This document shows positions 37,055 through 48,200 of a stretch of DNA of 64,000 bases, piece by piece. This DNA is from a virus: the IMG/VR virus record IMGVR_UViG_3300005805_000058, positions 1 through 64,000 of that record; one strand, given 5' to 3'. The stretch's first letter is position 1, and every line of letters begins with the position of its first letter. A program made the translations under genes and the position numbers. Below the pieces are notes generated by a model. It saw only the letters and a list, made by a program, of their open reading frames with translations, was not told the DNA's origin and ran no database searches.

Positions 37055-40000
37055 TGAGTAAATGTTCACTTGATATAAGAAAAGACATTATTGATGCAGC
37101 AGGTAAAAAACTTGTTGACAAAGGAGCAATTGTTGATGGGAATGTTGGATACTTTCCTAACCCTAACAAATCTTCTGATGCAATTCTTTCTGTAAATAAA
37201 GAATTCAATGATCTTGTTGTAAAAGAAAGTGAAAAAGGTTCTTTCTTTATAGATCCTTCTAATGCTCTTGTGGACATTTATTTTGAGGAATATAAAAGAA
37301 ATCTTCCACCAGATGTTTCTCTACAGATTGAAACATTACCAGCACCTGTAGCATCTAAGGAAACTATTTCTAAGATGAAAGAGGCTGCTAAGCAGATGGG
37401 TATTAGCATTGAGGACTTAGCTGATTATGCTAAGAAGACAGGACTAGATATCAACTCTGTAAACGGTGTGGCTGATTTGGCTAGAGGATCTGTAGCTATA
37501 GCTCTTGGTAGAGAAGATGTAGCTCTTACAGAGGAGATTGTGCACATAGCTAGTGCTATTATAGAGCAAGTGAATCCAACTCTGATGACTAAGATGATTG
37601 CAGAGATTGGTAAATACGATGTATACAAACAAGTATTTGATCAGTATAAAGACAACAAATACTATCAACTTCCTGATGGCAGACCAAACATTCGTAAGAT
37701 TAAGAAGGAAGCTGTAGACAGATTAATTGTAGAAAAGATTATTGAGCAGTCTGAAGGAAACGCAGAGTTCCCTAGTAAGAAAGAAGTTGAAGAAAGAAAC
37801 CTAGCTCAAAGATTATGGGATGCTATTCTAGACTTCATCAAATCTTTATACAACAAAACAAATGTTGATCTATTTGGAGAAGCTGCTACAGCAATCTCTG
37901 AAGGAGCTGTAGGAGGTACAACAGCTGATATTATTGGAGCTGAAGTGTTCTTACAGATTGATAATGAGCAAGTTAACAAGATCTATGATACAATTGTAGA
38001 CAGAGATAGTAGATTAGTCTTGAATCCAAAAACTGCTGGAGACAAAAGACACTACTTGTTTGATGGTAAAAGAGTGGCTCTATCTGTTACAGAAAAGACA
38101 AAGGGTAAAGATCACAATGAGCGTAGTGAGTTTGATAAGAAACAAGATGATTATAAACAAGAATGGGGACTGGCTGGACATGGGTTTATTGAAAACACGC
38201 TTATCAATGATATGTTTGATAAGGATGGTTATGCTAAAGCTGAGTTCACAAACACTTCTTTAGATACACCTTTAAATGAAACTATACAGAAAGGCATCAG
38301 ATCTTATCTAGAGGAACTAGTTAGATCTTATGCTCCAGGTACAAGATTCCTTGTAGAAAGAAAGGCTGTGAATGATAAGGTGAAAGGAATGATTGCTTCC
38401 ACAATAGACTTGATAGCTATTGAGCCTGTTGTTAAAGAAGATGGTACAAAGGATATGAAGGTGGATGTGTACGATTGGAAGTTTACCAACTTTGACAAAA
38501 CTACCAACGAAGATATTCCTTTCTATAAGCAGAACGAATGGAAAGCACAGATGGGTGAATACACCAAGATGTTGTACAACTATGGTGTTAAACCAAACCA
38601 GCTCAGAAGAACAAGAATGATTCCTTTTATTGCCAATTATGACAGAGCAATTAAAGGAGATAAGAACAGTAAGCTCATGCTTAAGTCTTTAGAGATTGGT
38701 AAGTTTGATAGCTTGAAAGAAACTAAACTCTATCTACTTCCTGTTGCATTAGATACAGAGTCTACAAATGTAAAGAAGGTGGATGAGCTTAAAGCTTCAT
38801 TACAAAATCAATGGGAGAAGCTTTACAAGAAGCCTGTTAGTCCTGAAGAGAAGTTCCAAAAGAACATACAATTGAACGAGCTTTCTAAAGCTATACGTTC
38901 ATTACATATGAAGCTTGACTTTGCTCCTTTGTATAATGTAGGAGCTACTTTCCTTGACAGAGCTAAGAAAGCATTTGAAGAGTTTGAGAACATAGACTAC
39001 TCAGGTCTTACACAAGATGATATAGCCACTAAGCTTGGAGAACTCCTTGAGTTCAAAGCAAGTGCTGAGAAGTTTGCCAATCTAGATGATACATATCTTT
39101 TTGTCACTCCAAAGGATAAGATGAATGACGAAGAGAAAAAGGTGTTTGATAATCTATCAAAGCTGTCTGATTCTACAGACAGAATGATTGATAGAATTGA
39201 GGAGCTTCAAAAAGACTTTGTTGTACAATATGCTCTTAAACAAGGAGTTACAACAGAGAAAACTAAAATGAATATTCTCAACGCTGAGAGAGAACTTGAC
39301 TTCATTGCTAAAACATTCCTTGAAGGATCTAAGCTTTCTTCTAGAGTGATAAGACTTGCGTCTAATACAATCCTCAAAGCAAGAAACCTTGTAGCATTGA
39401 AAACCAGTGAGATGGTGGCTGAGCTAAGTCCTTTATTGATAGATCTTGAGAAAGAAGCATCTACCAAAGGTGTGAAAGCTTTTGACATGATTGGTAAGGT
39501 GGAAGGAGATCAATTGTCTCTTGTTAAGAAGATAGACAAGAGTTTCTGGAACGAGATATCAAAAGCAAAGGCTGACAACAATAAGAAGTTCTTCCTTGAT
39601 AACATGGATGTTGAGGAGTATAGAAAGCGTGCAAAGGAAGCTATAGCTGCAGGAACAAGAGAACTAGAACTTACAAAGTTCTCATCTGATCCTGAGAAAG
39701 ATTCTGATATAAGAGAATACAGAATCAAAAAACTTAGAGATTCTTTAGACATTGATAGTGAAAGCTTTAATGGATATGATGGGTATCAGTTTGCCTATCT
39801 ATTCAATAGGTCTATGAATGAAGAACAACATTATTCAAAAGACTATGAGGAACTTAAAAAGAATCCAGCAGCATTTAAAGTGTGGCAGTTCTTCACTAGA
39901 CTAAATGAGATGGGTAGAGAAATGGGCTACCTTGATCAAAAAGGATTATCGTTCTTCCCACTTGTAGAAGCCACTATGGTGGATAAGCTTGCTCAAACTA

Positions 40001-41934
40001 AAGACTTTGCAGGTGAGTTAAAAGACTTGTACAAAGACTTGTACACTACAAAGGATTATGAAGACATTTCATTTTCAAAGATTGATCCAGAAACAGGTAA
40101 GCTCAAGAAAACTATTCCTAGATATTTCACTAGAACAGAAAGAAGTGTAGAGCAATTGTCTAAAGACCTCACTAAGATTGGACCATTGTGGATAAAGTCT
40201 TTGTTAGAATATGATGCAAGACAGAGCATGGAAGCTATGCTTCTTACAATGCATGCTGTTGAGAAAGCAAAAGGTCACATTATTCTTGAGAACAACAAGA
40301 TTGTTTATGACCAGAGTGGTGATCCTAGAGTGAGTAAAGATTCTAATAAGAATGCTGACATACTTGAGAAGATAAATGATGACTACCTATATGGACTAGG
40401 AGAGAACCTTGATTCAATAGGAAACATTGCTATTGGTAAGGTGGGAGAGCTTTCAGGAAAAACAGCAGAACAACGAGAGAAAAGAACAGTGAATATAAAA
40501 AAAGGATTGGAGAACTCAAACGCTCTAATGCAAGCTCTTGCTGTAGGTTTAAAGTTTGCTGTAGCTATTCCTAACTACTTTGGTGTAAACTTCCACGCAT
40601 TCATCAATGCTGGTAACTTCTACACCTTTAAAGAGTTCCAGAAAAAGAACATGCAAGTCACTACTGGTGTAGGACTAAGTACAACTGATAAAGCTCTTCT
40701 AGATACGTTAGTTCCAATTAATGAGGATATTGCTAAAGAGGAACAAAGAAAGCTAGCCAAGAAGCAAGGATATTTGAAATATCTAAGTACATGGTCATTA
40801 ATTGATGTTGCCATGATTACTAACTCTTGGCCAGAGAGAAAGCTTCAGTATGCTAATGCATTGGCTTTCAATGAGAACTCTATGGTGGTGGATGGTAAGA
40901 TTGTTAACATCCGTCAGTATCTAAGAACTAAGGATAGAGCTGATAAATATAAAATGTCTGTAGAAGAAAGACGTAATCTTGAGGACACATTTGAAAATAG
41001 AGTGAAAGAACTACAGGAAACCAAGTCTCTTTCTAAGGTGGCTAAGGTGGAGAATGACAGACTTGTAATCCCTGATGTTAGTCAAGAGGAACTTGCTGCC
41101 TATCGTACAAAGGTGATTGAGTTTGGTAGAACCTTGAACGGTCAGATGAGCTTGGATAACAGAGCTGATTATAGAAGAGATACTATTCTGAAGTCATTTA
41201 TGATGTTCAAGAACTGGATACCTAAACAAGTTTCTCAACGTACATTAGACATCCAAAAGAACAATGAACTTGATGAGTGGGAGTACGGTAGAATGAGGGT
41301 GTTCTTCAAGACATGGTCAAGACTTGCTAACTATAACATATTCAAAATCAAGCACATACTAGCAGGTGATGAGGAAGGATTGAGAATATTGGATGAGATA
41401 TTAGAGGAGAAAAGAAGAACATATAAAGAGAAAACTGGTCAGGAGTTAGAAATAACAGACGAGGAGTTTTATGATTTGATGAGAGGAGAACTCTCTAGAG
41501 CTGTGAAGGAACTAGGATTGTTATTTGCAACAATGGCATTGATTATAGCTGCAAAAGCTGCCATTCCTCCAGAGGACGAAGATCCTATCACTGCCAACAA
41601 ATATAAGTTCTACATAAAGCTTATGACAAAGATAGAGGATGAACTTGCTTTCTATTACAGCCCTCTTTCTTTTGAGAGTGTAACAAAGGGAAGTATTTTC
41701 CCAGCACTTGGTATTGCTACAAAAGCATCAAAAGCAGTGAAAGATCTTGGTAGAGAGGTGCAGGGAACCATTACAGGTGATGAACAGCTTACAGAAAAAG
41801 CTCATCCAGTTAGAAGATTCCTTGATCTTATTCCTGGTCCTTCTCAGTTCCAACAGGAGATCTTACCACTGATTGATCCAGAGCTAGCTAAGGAAATGGG
41901 CATCAGAGTGACAGCTGAACCAAGGAGACAATAA
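37054..41934 (+). CDS. Large cargo/ejection protein with a degenerate zincin motif and a PD-(D/E)xK nuclease-like domain
   Basis: Likely start is ATG 37054 (TAATG overlap with the RNAP stop). Contains EEIVH (37531-37545), TIDLIAI...VDVYDWKF (38401-38484) and a C-terminal MMFK.W...G region with a hydrophobic helix. Confidence 0.75.
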   Translation: MSKCSLDIRKDIIDAAGKKLVDKGAIVDGNVGYFPNPNKSSDAILSVNKEFNDLVVKESEKGSFFIDPSNALVDIYFEEYKRNLPPDVSLQIETLPAPVASKETISKMKEAAKQMGISIEDLADYAKKTGLDINSVNGVADLARGSVAIALGREDVALTEEIVHIASAIIEQVNPTLMTKMIAEIGKYDVYKQVFDQYKDNKYYQLPDGRPNIRKIKKEAVDRLIVEKIIEQSEGNAEFPSKKEVEERNLAQRLWDAILDFIKSLYNKTNVDLFGEAATAISEGAVGGTTADIIGAEVFLQIDNEQVNKIYDTIVDRDSRLVLNPKTAGDKRHYLFDGKRVALSVTEKTKGKDHNERSEFDKKQDDYKQEWGLAGHGFIENTLINDMFDKDGYAKAEFTNTSLDTPLNETIQKGIRSYLEELVRSYAPGTRFLVERKAVNDKVKGMIASTIDLIAIEPVVKEDGTKDMKVDVYDWKFTNFDKTTNEDIPFYKQNEWKAQMGEYTKMLYNYGVKPNQLRRTRMIPFIANYDRAIKGDKNSKLMLKSLEIGKFDSLKETKLYLLPVALDTESTNVKKVDELKASLQNQWEKLYKKPVSPEEKFQKNIQLNELSKAIRSLHMKLDFAPLYNVGATFLDRAKKAFEEFENIDYSGLTQDDIATKLGELLEFKASAEKFANLDDTYLFVTPKDKMNDEEKKVFDNLSKLSDSTDRMIDRIEELQKDFVVQYALKQGVTTEKTKMNILNAERELDFIAKTFLEGSKLSSRVIRLASNTILKARNLVALKTSEMVAELSPLLIDLEKEASTKGVKAFDMIGKVEGDQLSLVKKIDKSFWNEISKAKADNNKKFFLDNMDVEEYRKRAKEAIAAGTRELELTKFSSDPEKDSDIREYRIKKLRDSLDIDSESFNGYDGYQFAYLFNRSMNEEQHYSKDYEELKKNPAAFKVWQFFTRLNEMGREMGYLDQKGLSFFPLVEATMVDKLAQTKDFAGELKDLYKDLYTTKDYEDISFSKIDPETGKLKKTIPRYFTRTERSVEQLSKDLTKIGPLWIKSLLEYDARQSMEAMLLTMHAVEKAKGHIILENNKIVYDQSGDPRVSKDSNKNADILEKINDDYLYGLGENLDSIGNIAIGKVGELSGKTAEQREKRTVNIKKGLENSNALMQALAVGLKFAVAIPNYFGVNFHAFINAGNFYTFKEFQKKNMQVTTGVGLSTTDKALLDTLVPINEDIAKEEQRKLAKKQGYLKYLSTWSLIDVAMITNSWPERKLQYANALAFNENSMVVDGKIVNIRQYLRTKDRADKYKMSVEERRNLEDTFENRVKELQETKSLSKVAKVENDRLVIPDVSQEELAAYRTKVIEFGRTLNGQMSLDNRADYRRDTILKSFMMFKNWIPKQVSQRTLDIQKNNELDEWEYGRMRVFFKTWSRLANYNIFKIKHILAGDEEGLRILDEILEEKRRTYKEKTGQELEITDEEFYDLMRGELSRAVKELGLLFATMALIIAAKAAIPPEDEDPITANKYKFYIKLMTKIEDELAFYYSPLSFESVTKGSIFPALGIATKASKAVKDLGREVQGTITGDEQLTEKAHPVRRFLDLIPGPSQFQQEILPLIDPELAKEMGIRVTAEPRRQ

Positions 41935-41979
41935 ACTGGTTTCTATAGCTATATTATGTCTAAAACTTTCTTCTAAGTC

Positions 41980-42009
41980 ATTGAAAATCATTTAAAACAA
42001 TTAACTTTG
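41980..42009 (+). promoter_or_regulatory. Bacteroidota-type promoter for the fibre genes
   Basis: ATTG (41980-41983), 18 nt, TAACTTTG (42002-42009), 5 nt before ATG 42015. Confidence 0.55.
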
Positions 42010-42014
42010 TAACT

Positions 42015-42224
42015 ATGCGTATTGCCACAATTTGCCCAACGTGTGCCACACAGATTAACTCTGTGTGCGTAATTTATGATGGTGAATATCTTGCTAACAT
42101 AGATGTAGCTCCAGGAGATACCCTTGAGGAGATCCTAGCTAAAATCAATGGTAGCTGTGCTTGCACAACTACTACTACAACTAGCAGTTCAACCACCACA
42201 ACAACTACTACTATAGCACCATAA
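42015..42224 (+). CDS. Mini fibre: Cys attachment module plus poly-Thr tail
   Basis: 69 aa; CPTC...CVIYDG..L...V.PGD.LEEIL.KI, then TTTTTTSSSTTTTTTTIAP. Confidence 0.75.
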   Translation: MRIATICPTCATQINSVCVIYDGEYLANIDVAPGDTLEEILAKINGSCACTTTTTTSSSTTTTTTTIAP

Positions 42225-42234
42225 CTTAATATAC

Positions 42235-45200
42235 ATGGAAGTTACTTGCGGAGCCACCCCCTGTCCAGTTATACTGAATAGCACCTGCGTATTTTACGAA
42301 GGTGCTAATCTCGTTTATACAGGCATTAACACTAATGACAATCTTCAAACTGCTCTACAGAAAATAGATGCTAAGTTTCAAGATGCTGGTATAGGTTATA
42401 TATTTCAGAACGGTATTATTCAAACAGCACCTGGTCAACCTGTAAAGTTGGGAGGATCGTTGGTTGAGAACACCATAATCAACAGTGCTGGCTACACATT
42501 TGAACTTACAGGTACTATTGAGTCTGCTGCATTCATCACCTCTGGAGGAACCTCAAGTGACTTTGTTAAGGGTGATGGTTCGTTAGATTCCACATCATAT
42601 CAGCCTGCTGGTAACTACATCACAGGTTTGACAGGTGATGGTACAGCATCTGGTCCAGGTAATGTTCCTTTTACATTAGCTACAGTTAATGCTAATCCAG
42701 GAACTTATGGATCATCTACACTAATCCCTGTTGTAACAGTTAATGGTAAGGGATTGGTAACCAATGTCACCACTACAGCTATAAGTGTTCCTTCTGGAAC
42801 CATCATCTTACAGGGTGATGTGTCAGGTGTTGGCACTACAGGTGTGCCCCTAACAACCACGTTAGCAACAGTTAATGCTAACGTTTATGGTGTTAACACT
42901 CCTCTTAAGTTTGCTGTAAATGCTAAAGGACTAGTTACATCAGCTGCTCCTCTTACAGCTGCTGACATAATAACTATTCTTGGTTACACCCCTGTGCCTA
43001 GCACTAGGACAATAACCATCAATGGTGTTACATATGATTTGTCAGCTAACAGAACATGGAGCGTAGGAACTGTAACAAGCGTTCAGCTTTCTCTTCCTTC
43101 AGCATTCTCAGTGACCACCCCTCCAATCACTTCCTCAGGAACAATAAACGTTGTTGCTACAGGTACCTCTGCTCAATACATCAGAGGTGATGGTACTATT
43201 GGTAACTTCTCAGTGGGCACCTCAGGAACCAGTGGTACGAGTGGTACATCCGCTACAAGTGGCACAAGTGGCACTACAGGAACCAGTGGATCTTCTGGTA
43301 CATCTGGTACGAGTGCTACATCTGGTACATCAGGTTTATCTGGTGACAGATTTGCTACAACCTCCTCAGACACCTTCACACTTGGAAATGCTGGAACATT
43401 AACAGTGGATCCAGCATTGTCTTACACAGTGGGACAATCTATTGTTGTTGCATTTGATGCAACCAACTATCAAGAGTGTGTGGTGATATCTTACAACTCA
43501 ATCACAGGAGCATTACAATTTGGTGCTCCAAGCCTCACAGTTGGATCAGGAACTTATTCAGCTTGGGTTGTAAACTTGGATGGTGCAACTGGTGGTGATG
43601 GTTCTAGTGGTACATCTGGTACTACAGGAACTTCAGGCACTAGTGGAACAAGCGGTACATCAGCAACAAGTGGTACTTCTGGAACCTCTGGTACAACAGG
43701 TACGAGTGGTAGCAGTGGTACTAGTGCTACAGATGGTACATCAGGAACTAGTGGTACAACAGGAACTAGCGGTACAACTGGTACAAGTGGTACAACAGGT
43801 ACCTCTGGAACCAGTGGTAGCAGTGGTTCTTCTGGATCATCAGGCTCTAGTGGAACAAGTGCAACTGATGGTACAGGAGGAACCTCTGGTACTTCTGGCA
43901 CAACAGGTAGTTCTGGAACAAGTGGAACTACAGGCACTAGTGGTACGTCTGGATCTTCTGGAACTGATGGTACATCTGGTACAAGTGGTACAAGTGCCAC
44001 TAGTGGTACGTCAGGCACAACAGGAACATCTGGAACTAGTGGTAGTACAGGTACATCAGGTACATCAGGAACATCAGGAAGTAGTGGTACCTCTGCAACA
44101 GATGGTACTGGTGGTACAAGTGGTACTAGCGGAACTTCAGGAAGTAGTGGAACTACAGGTACATCAGGTACTAGTGGTTCGTCAGGTACAAGTGCCACAG
44201 ATGGAACTTCAGGTACATCAGGCAGTACAGGAACTAGCGGCACAAGTGGAACTAGTGGAACTAGCGGAACAACAGGTACTTCAGGTACATCTGGTTTGTC
44301 AGGGGATAGGTATGCCACTACATCAAGCACAACATATACATTACAAAACCCTGGTAATACAGGTACAATCACTGTAGATCCATATTTGGCATATACAGTG
44401 GGTCAGTCTATTATAATTGCCTACGATGCAACTAACTATCAGGAAGCTGAGGTGACCTCATACAACTCTGGTACAGGTAGTTTGTCATTCACCACTGTTA
44501 CAAAGGTGGGAAGTGGAACTTATTCTTCATGGCAGGTAAACCTTGACGGTGCTACAGGTGGTAATGGTACAGATGGTACCTCAGGTACTAGCGGTACCTC
44601 TGCTACATCAGGCACTTCAGGTACGTCTGGTTCTAGTGGCACAAGTGGAACAACTGGTACTTCAGGTAGCAGTGGTACATCAGCTACTAGTGGAACTTCT
44701 GCAACATCTGGTACTTCTGGAACTACAGGAACTTCTGGAACCACTGGTACAAGTGGAACTAGTGGCACAACAGGTACTAGTGGTACGACAGGAACATCTG
44801 GTTCCTCAGGTACTAGTGCTACATCAGGAACTTCAGGAACAAGTGCTACGGATGGCACTGGAGGAACAAGTGGAACGAGTGGTACTACAGGAACCTCAGG
44901 TAGTAGTGGTACATCAGCCACATCTGGTTCATCAGGTACATCTGCAACTTCTGGCACCAGTGGAACATCTGGAACAAATGGTAGTGCAGGTACTAGTGGC
45001 ACCAGTGGTACTACAGGTACTAGTGGCACGTCAGGAACTAGTGGTACAGCAGGTAGCCCAGGTACATCAGGTACGTCAGGTACAAGCGGAACTACAGGTA
45101 CAAGTGGAACATCTGGTACTAATGGATCAGCAGGTACTAGTGGAACAAGTGGAACAAGTGGAAGTAGTGGTACAAGTGGTACAAACGGAACAGGTGGCAC

Positions 45201-48200
45201 TTCAGGTACTACAGGTACTAGCGGTACGAGTGGAACAACTGGTACAAGTGGTACTAGTGGAACATCTGGTACTAATGGTACAGGTGGAACCAGTGGTACT
45301 ACAGGTACATCAGGAAGCTCTGGTACAAGTGGTTCAAGTGGAACCTCAGGTACAACAGGCACCTCAGGTACATCTGCTACCAGTGGAACAAGTGGTACGA
45401 CAGGAACTAGTGGAACTAGTGGTGCAAATGGAACAAACGGTACAAGTGGAACAAGTGCTACATCTGGAACTAGTGGTTCGAGTGCAACCTCTGGCACAAG
45501 TGGTACAACAGGAACAAGTGGTACGAGTGGCACTAGTGCTACAAGTGGCACGTCTGGTACTAGCGGCACTACAGGTACTAGTGGTTCAAGTGGTAGCTCT
45601 GGCACATCTGCAACTAGTGGTACATCAGGCACCACAGGTACAAGTGGCTCATCAGGAACATCTGGCACCACTGGTACATCAGGATCTTCTGGTTTGAGTG
45701 GAGATAGATTTGCTACAACATCTTCTTCTACATACACACTACAAGCTGCAGGAAATACAGGAACAATCACTGTGGGAACAGGACTTGCCTACACTGTAGG
45801 TCAGTCTATCATCATAGTGTATGATATAAATAATTACCAAGAAGCAGAGGTGACATCTTACAATCCTGGTACAGGATCTCTTAGCTTTAATACTATTACA
45901 CAAGTGGGTTCAGGAACTTATAGTTCTTGGACAGTGAACCTAGATGGTGCTACAGGAGGTGATGGATCAAGTGGTACAAGCGGTACAACTGGTACATCTG
46001 GAACTTCAGGCACATCAGGTACAACAGGCACTAGTGGGTCTAGTGGTACAAGTGGAACCACTGGCACATCTGGAAGTTCTGGATCTAGTGGTACATCTGC
46101 TACATCAGGAACATCTGCTACATCAGGTACTTCTGGCACTAACGGAACAGGAGGAACAAGTGGTACATCTGGTACAGCTGGAACATCTGGTACATCAGGA
46201 ACCACAGGAACTAGTGGCACAAGCGGAAGCAGTGGTGTGAATGGTACAAATGGTACGAGTGGAACTTCTGGCTCTAGTGGTACAACAGGTACGTCTGGTA
46301 CAACAGGTACAAGCGGATCAAGTGGTACAGCTGGAACAAGCGGTACTAGTGGCACTACAGGCACAAGTGGTACAAGTGGTACTAATGGAAGTGCTGGTAC
46401 ATCAGGTACAAGTGGTACAACAGGCACTTCTGGTACTTCTGGAACTAGTGGTACTAATGGCACAGGTGGTACATCTGGCACATCAGGCACTAGTGGAACC
46501 ACTGGAACTAGTGGTTCATCAGGAACCAGTGGCACTTCTGGAACTACAGGTACATCTGGCACTAGCGGTTCTAGTGGAAGTTCTGGTTCTTCAGGTACAT
46601 CAGTAGCTGTAGCAGGAACACAAGAATACATTGTTAAGTTTACATCAGCTACAACAATTGGTGACAGTCTCACTTGTCAGAAAGCCAATGGTGATCTTTG
46701 TGTTAACTTAACAGGTGGAGTTGGTGTAGATGTTGGTAAAGGTGGTGGATCTGTTGCTACAAATACAGCTATTGGTAATAGTGCATTAGTTAATAATACA
46801 ACAGGTACAAGTAACTTAGCCGTAGGATATAAAGCACTTTGTTCAAACACAATAGGAGGTGCAAACACAGCAATAGGTGTCTCTAGCTTAACAAGTAATA
46901 CAACAGGAGCTAGTAACACTAGTGTTGGTGTAAGCTCAATGACTGGTAATACAACTGGTACACAAAACTCAGCATTTGGTGCAAATGCTCTTAGATGCAA
47001 TATTACAGGTATACTGAATGTAGCTGTAGGATTTAATGCTTTATTTGCCAATACAGGAGGTATTAGAAATGTAGCAGTAGGTAACAGTGCTTTAGGAAAT
47101 AACACAATTGGTACTAACAACACTGCAGTAGGAGATTATGCTTTATTAGCAAACACAACTTCAAATAATACTGCAGTTGGAAATAACGCATTGAGATGTA
47201 ACACTATAGGTACACGTAATGTTGCCGTGGGTGTTAATGCTTTACTTTCAAACACTACAGGAAATAACAACACGGCAATAGGATATCAAACCATGTGTGC
47301 AAACACATATGGTTTTAACAATACATCTATAGGACATGGTGCTTTACGTAATAACACAACAGGCACTCAAAATACAGCTGTAGGTTTACATGCTTTACAA
47401 TGTAGCACAACAGCAAACTGTAACACAGCTTTAGGTTTCTATGCACTTAGAGTGAATACAACAGGTAGTCAGAACACTGCTGTAGGGTGGTGTGCCTTAG
47501 TGTCTAACCTTGGTGGTACACACAACGTAGCTGTTGGTATCAATGCACTAAGAAGTAACACTTATGGTTTAAGAAACGTAGCTGTTGGTGAAGGTGCATT
47601 AACTTCTAACTTAGGATCTTATAACGTGGGTGTAGGTAGAGCAGCTCTTTCTGCAAACACCACAGGTAGTGGTAACGTAGCGGTGGGTAGAAATGCAGCA
47701 GCTTCTAACACAATAGGGTTTGGTAATGTGGCTGTGGGTGATCAATCATTGGCAAATGCAACTACAGCTTGCTATAACACAGCTGTAGGTTCTACAGCAC
47801 TACAAGCAACAACAACTGGTGCAAACAATACAGCTGTAGGATTCTGTTCACTTAGAAATAACACTACAGGAGCTGGTAATGCAGCAGTTGGTAGAAGTTC
47901 ATTACAATCAAACACAATTGGTTTTAGTAATGCGGCTTTAGGTTCCTACTCATTATACAAAAACACAACAGGTCAAAGTAACACAGCCGTTGGAGCAAGT
48001 TCTTTAGAAAATAATACAACAGGTATTAGAAACGTTGCTGTAGGTAGTTTAGCATTACAACAGAACATAATAGGTAGCAGTAATACTGCTTTAGGTTTTT
48101 CAGCTTTACAATGTAACACAACTTCAAACAACACTGCAGTTGGTTTCTGTACACTTAGATCAAATACCACTGGTACACAAAACGTATCTGTAGGTTCTGA

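Noticed and set aside
25096-40814. Numerous short antisense ORFs within the cargo and RNAP genes
   Set aside because: Ser/Leu/Phe-rich shadows of Glu/Lys-rich sense coding, with no motifs.
43151-46673. Long alternative-frame and antisense ORFs (VPLVP..., VVQVE...)
   Set aside because: Shadows of the stop-poor GTS codon repeats, with no independent start signals or domain content.
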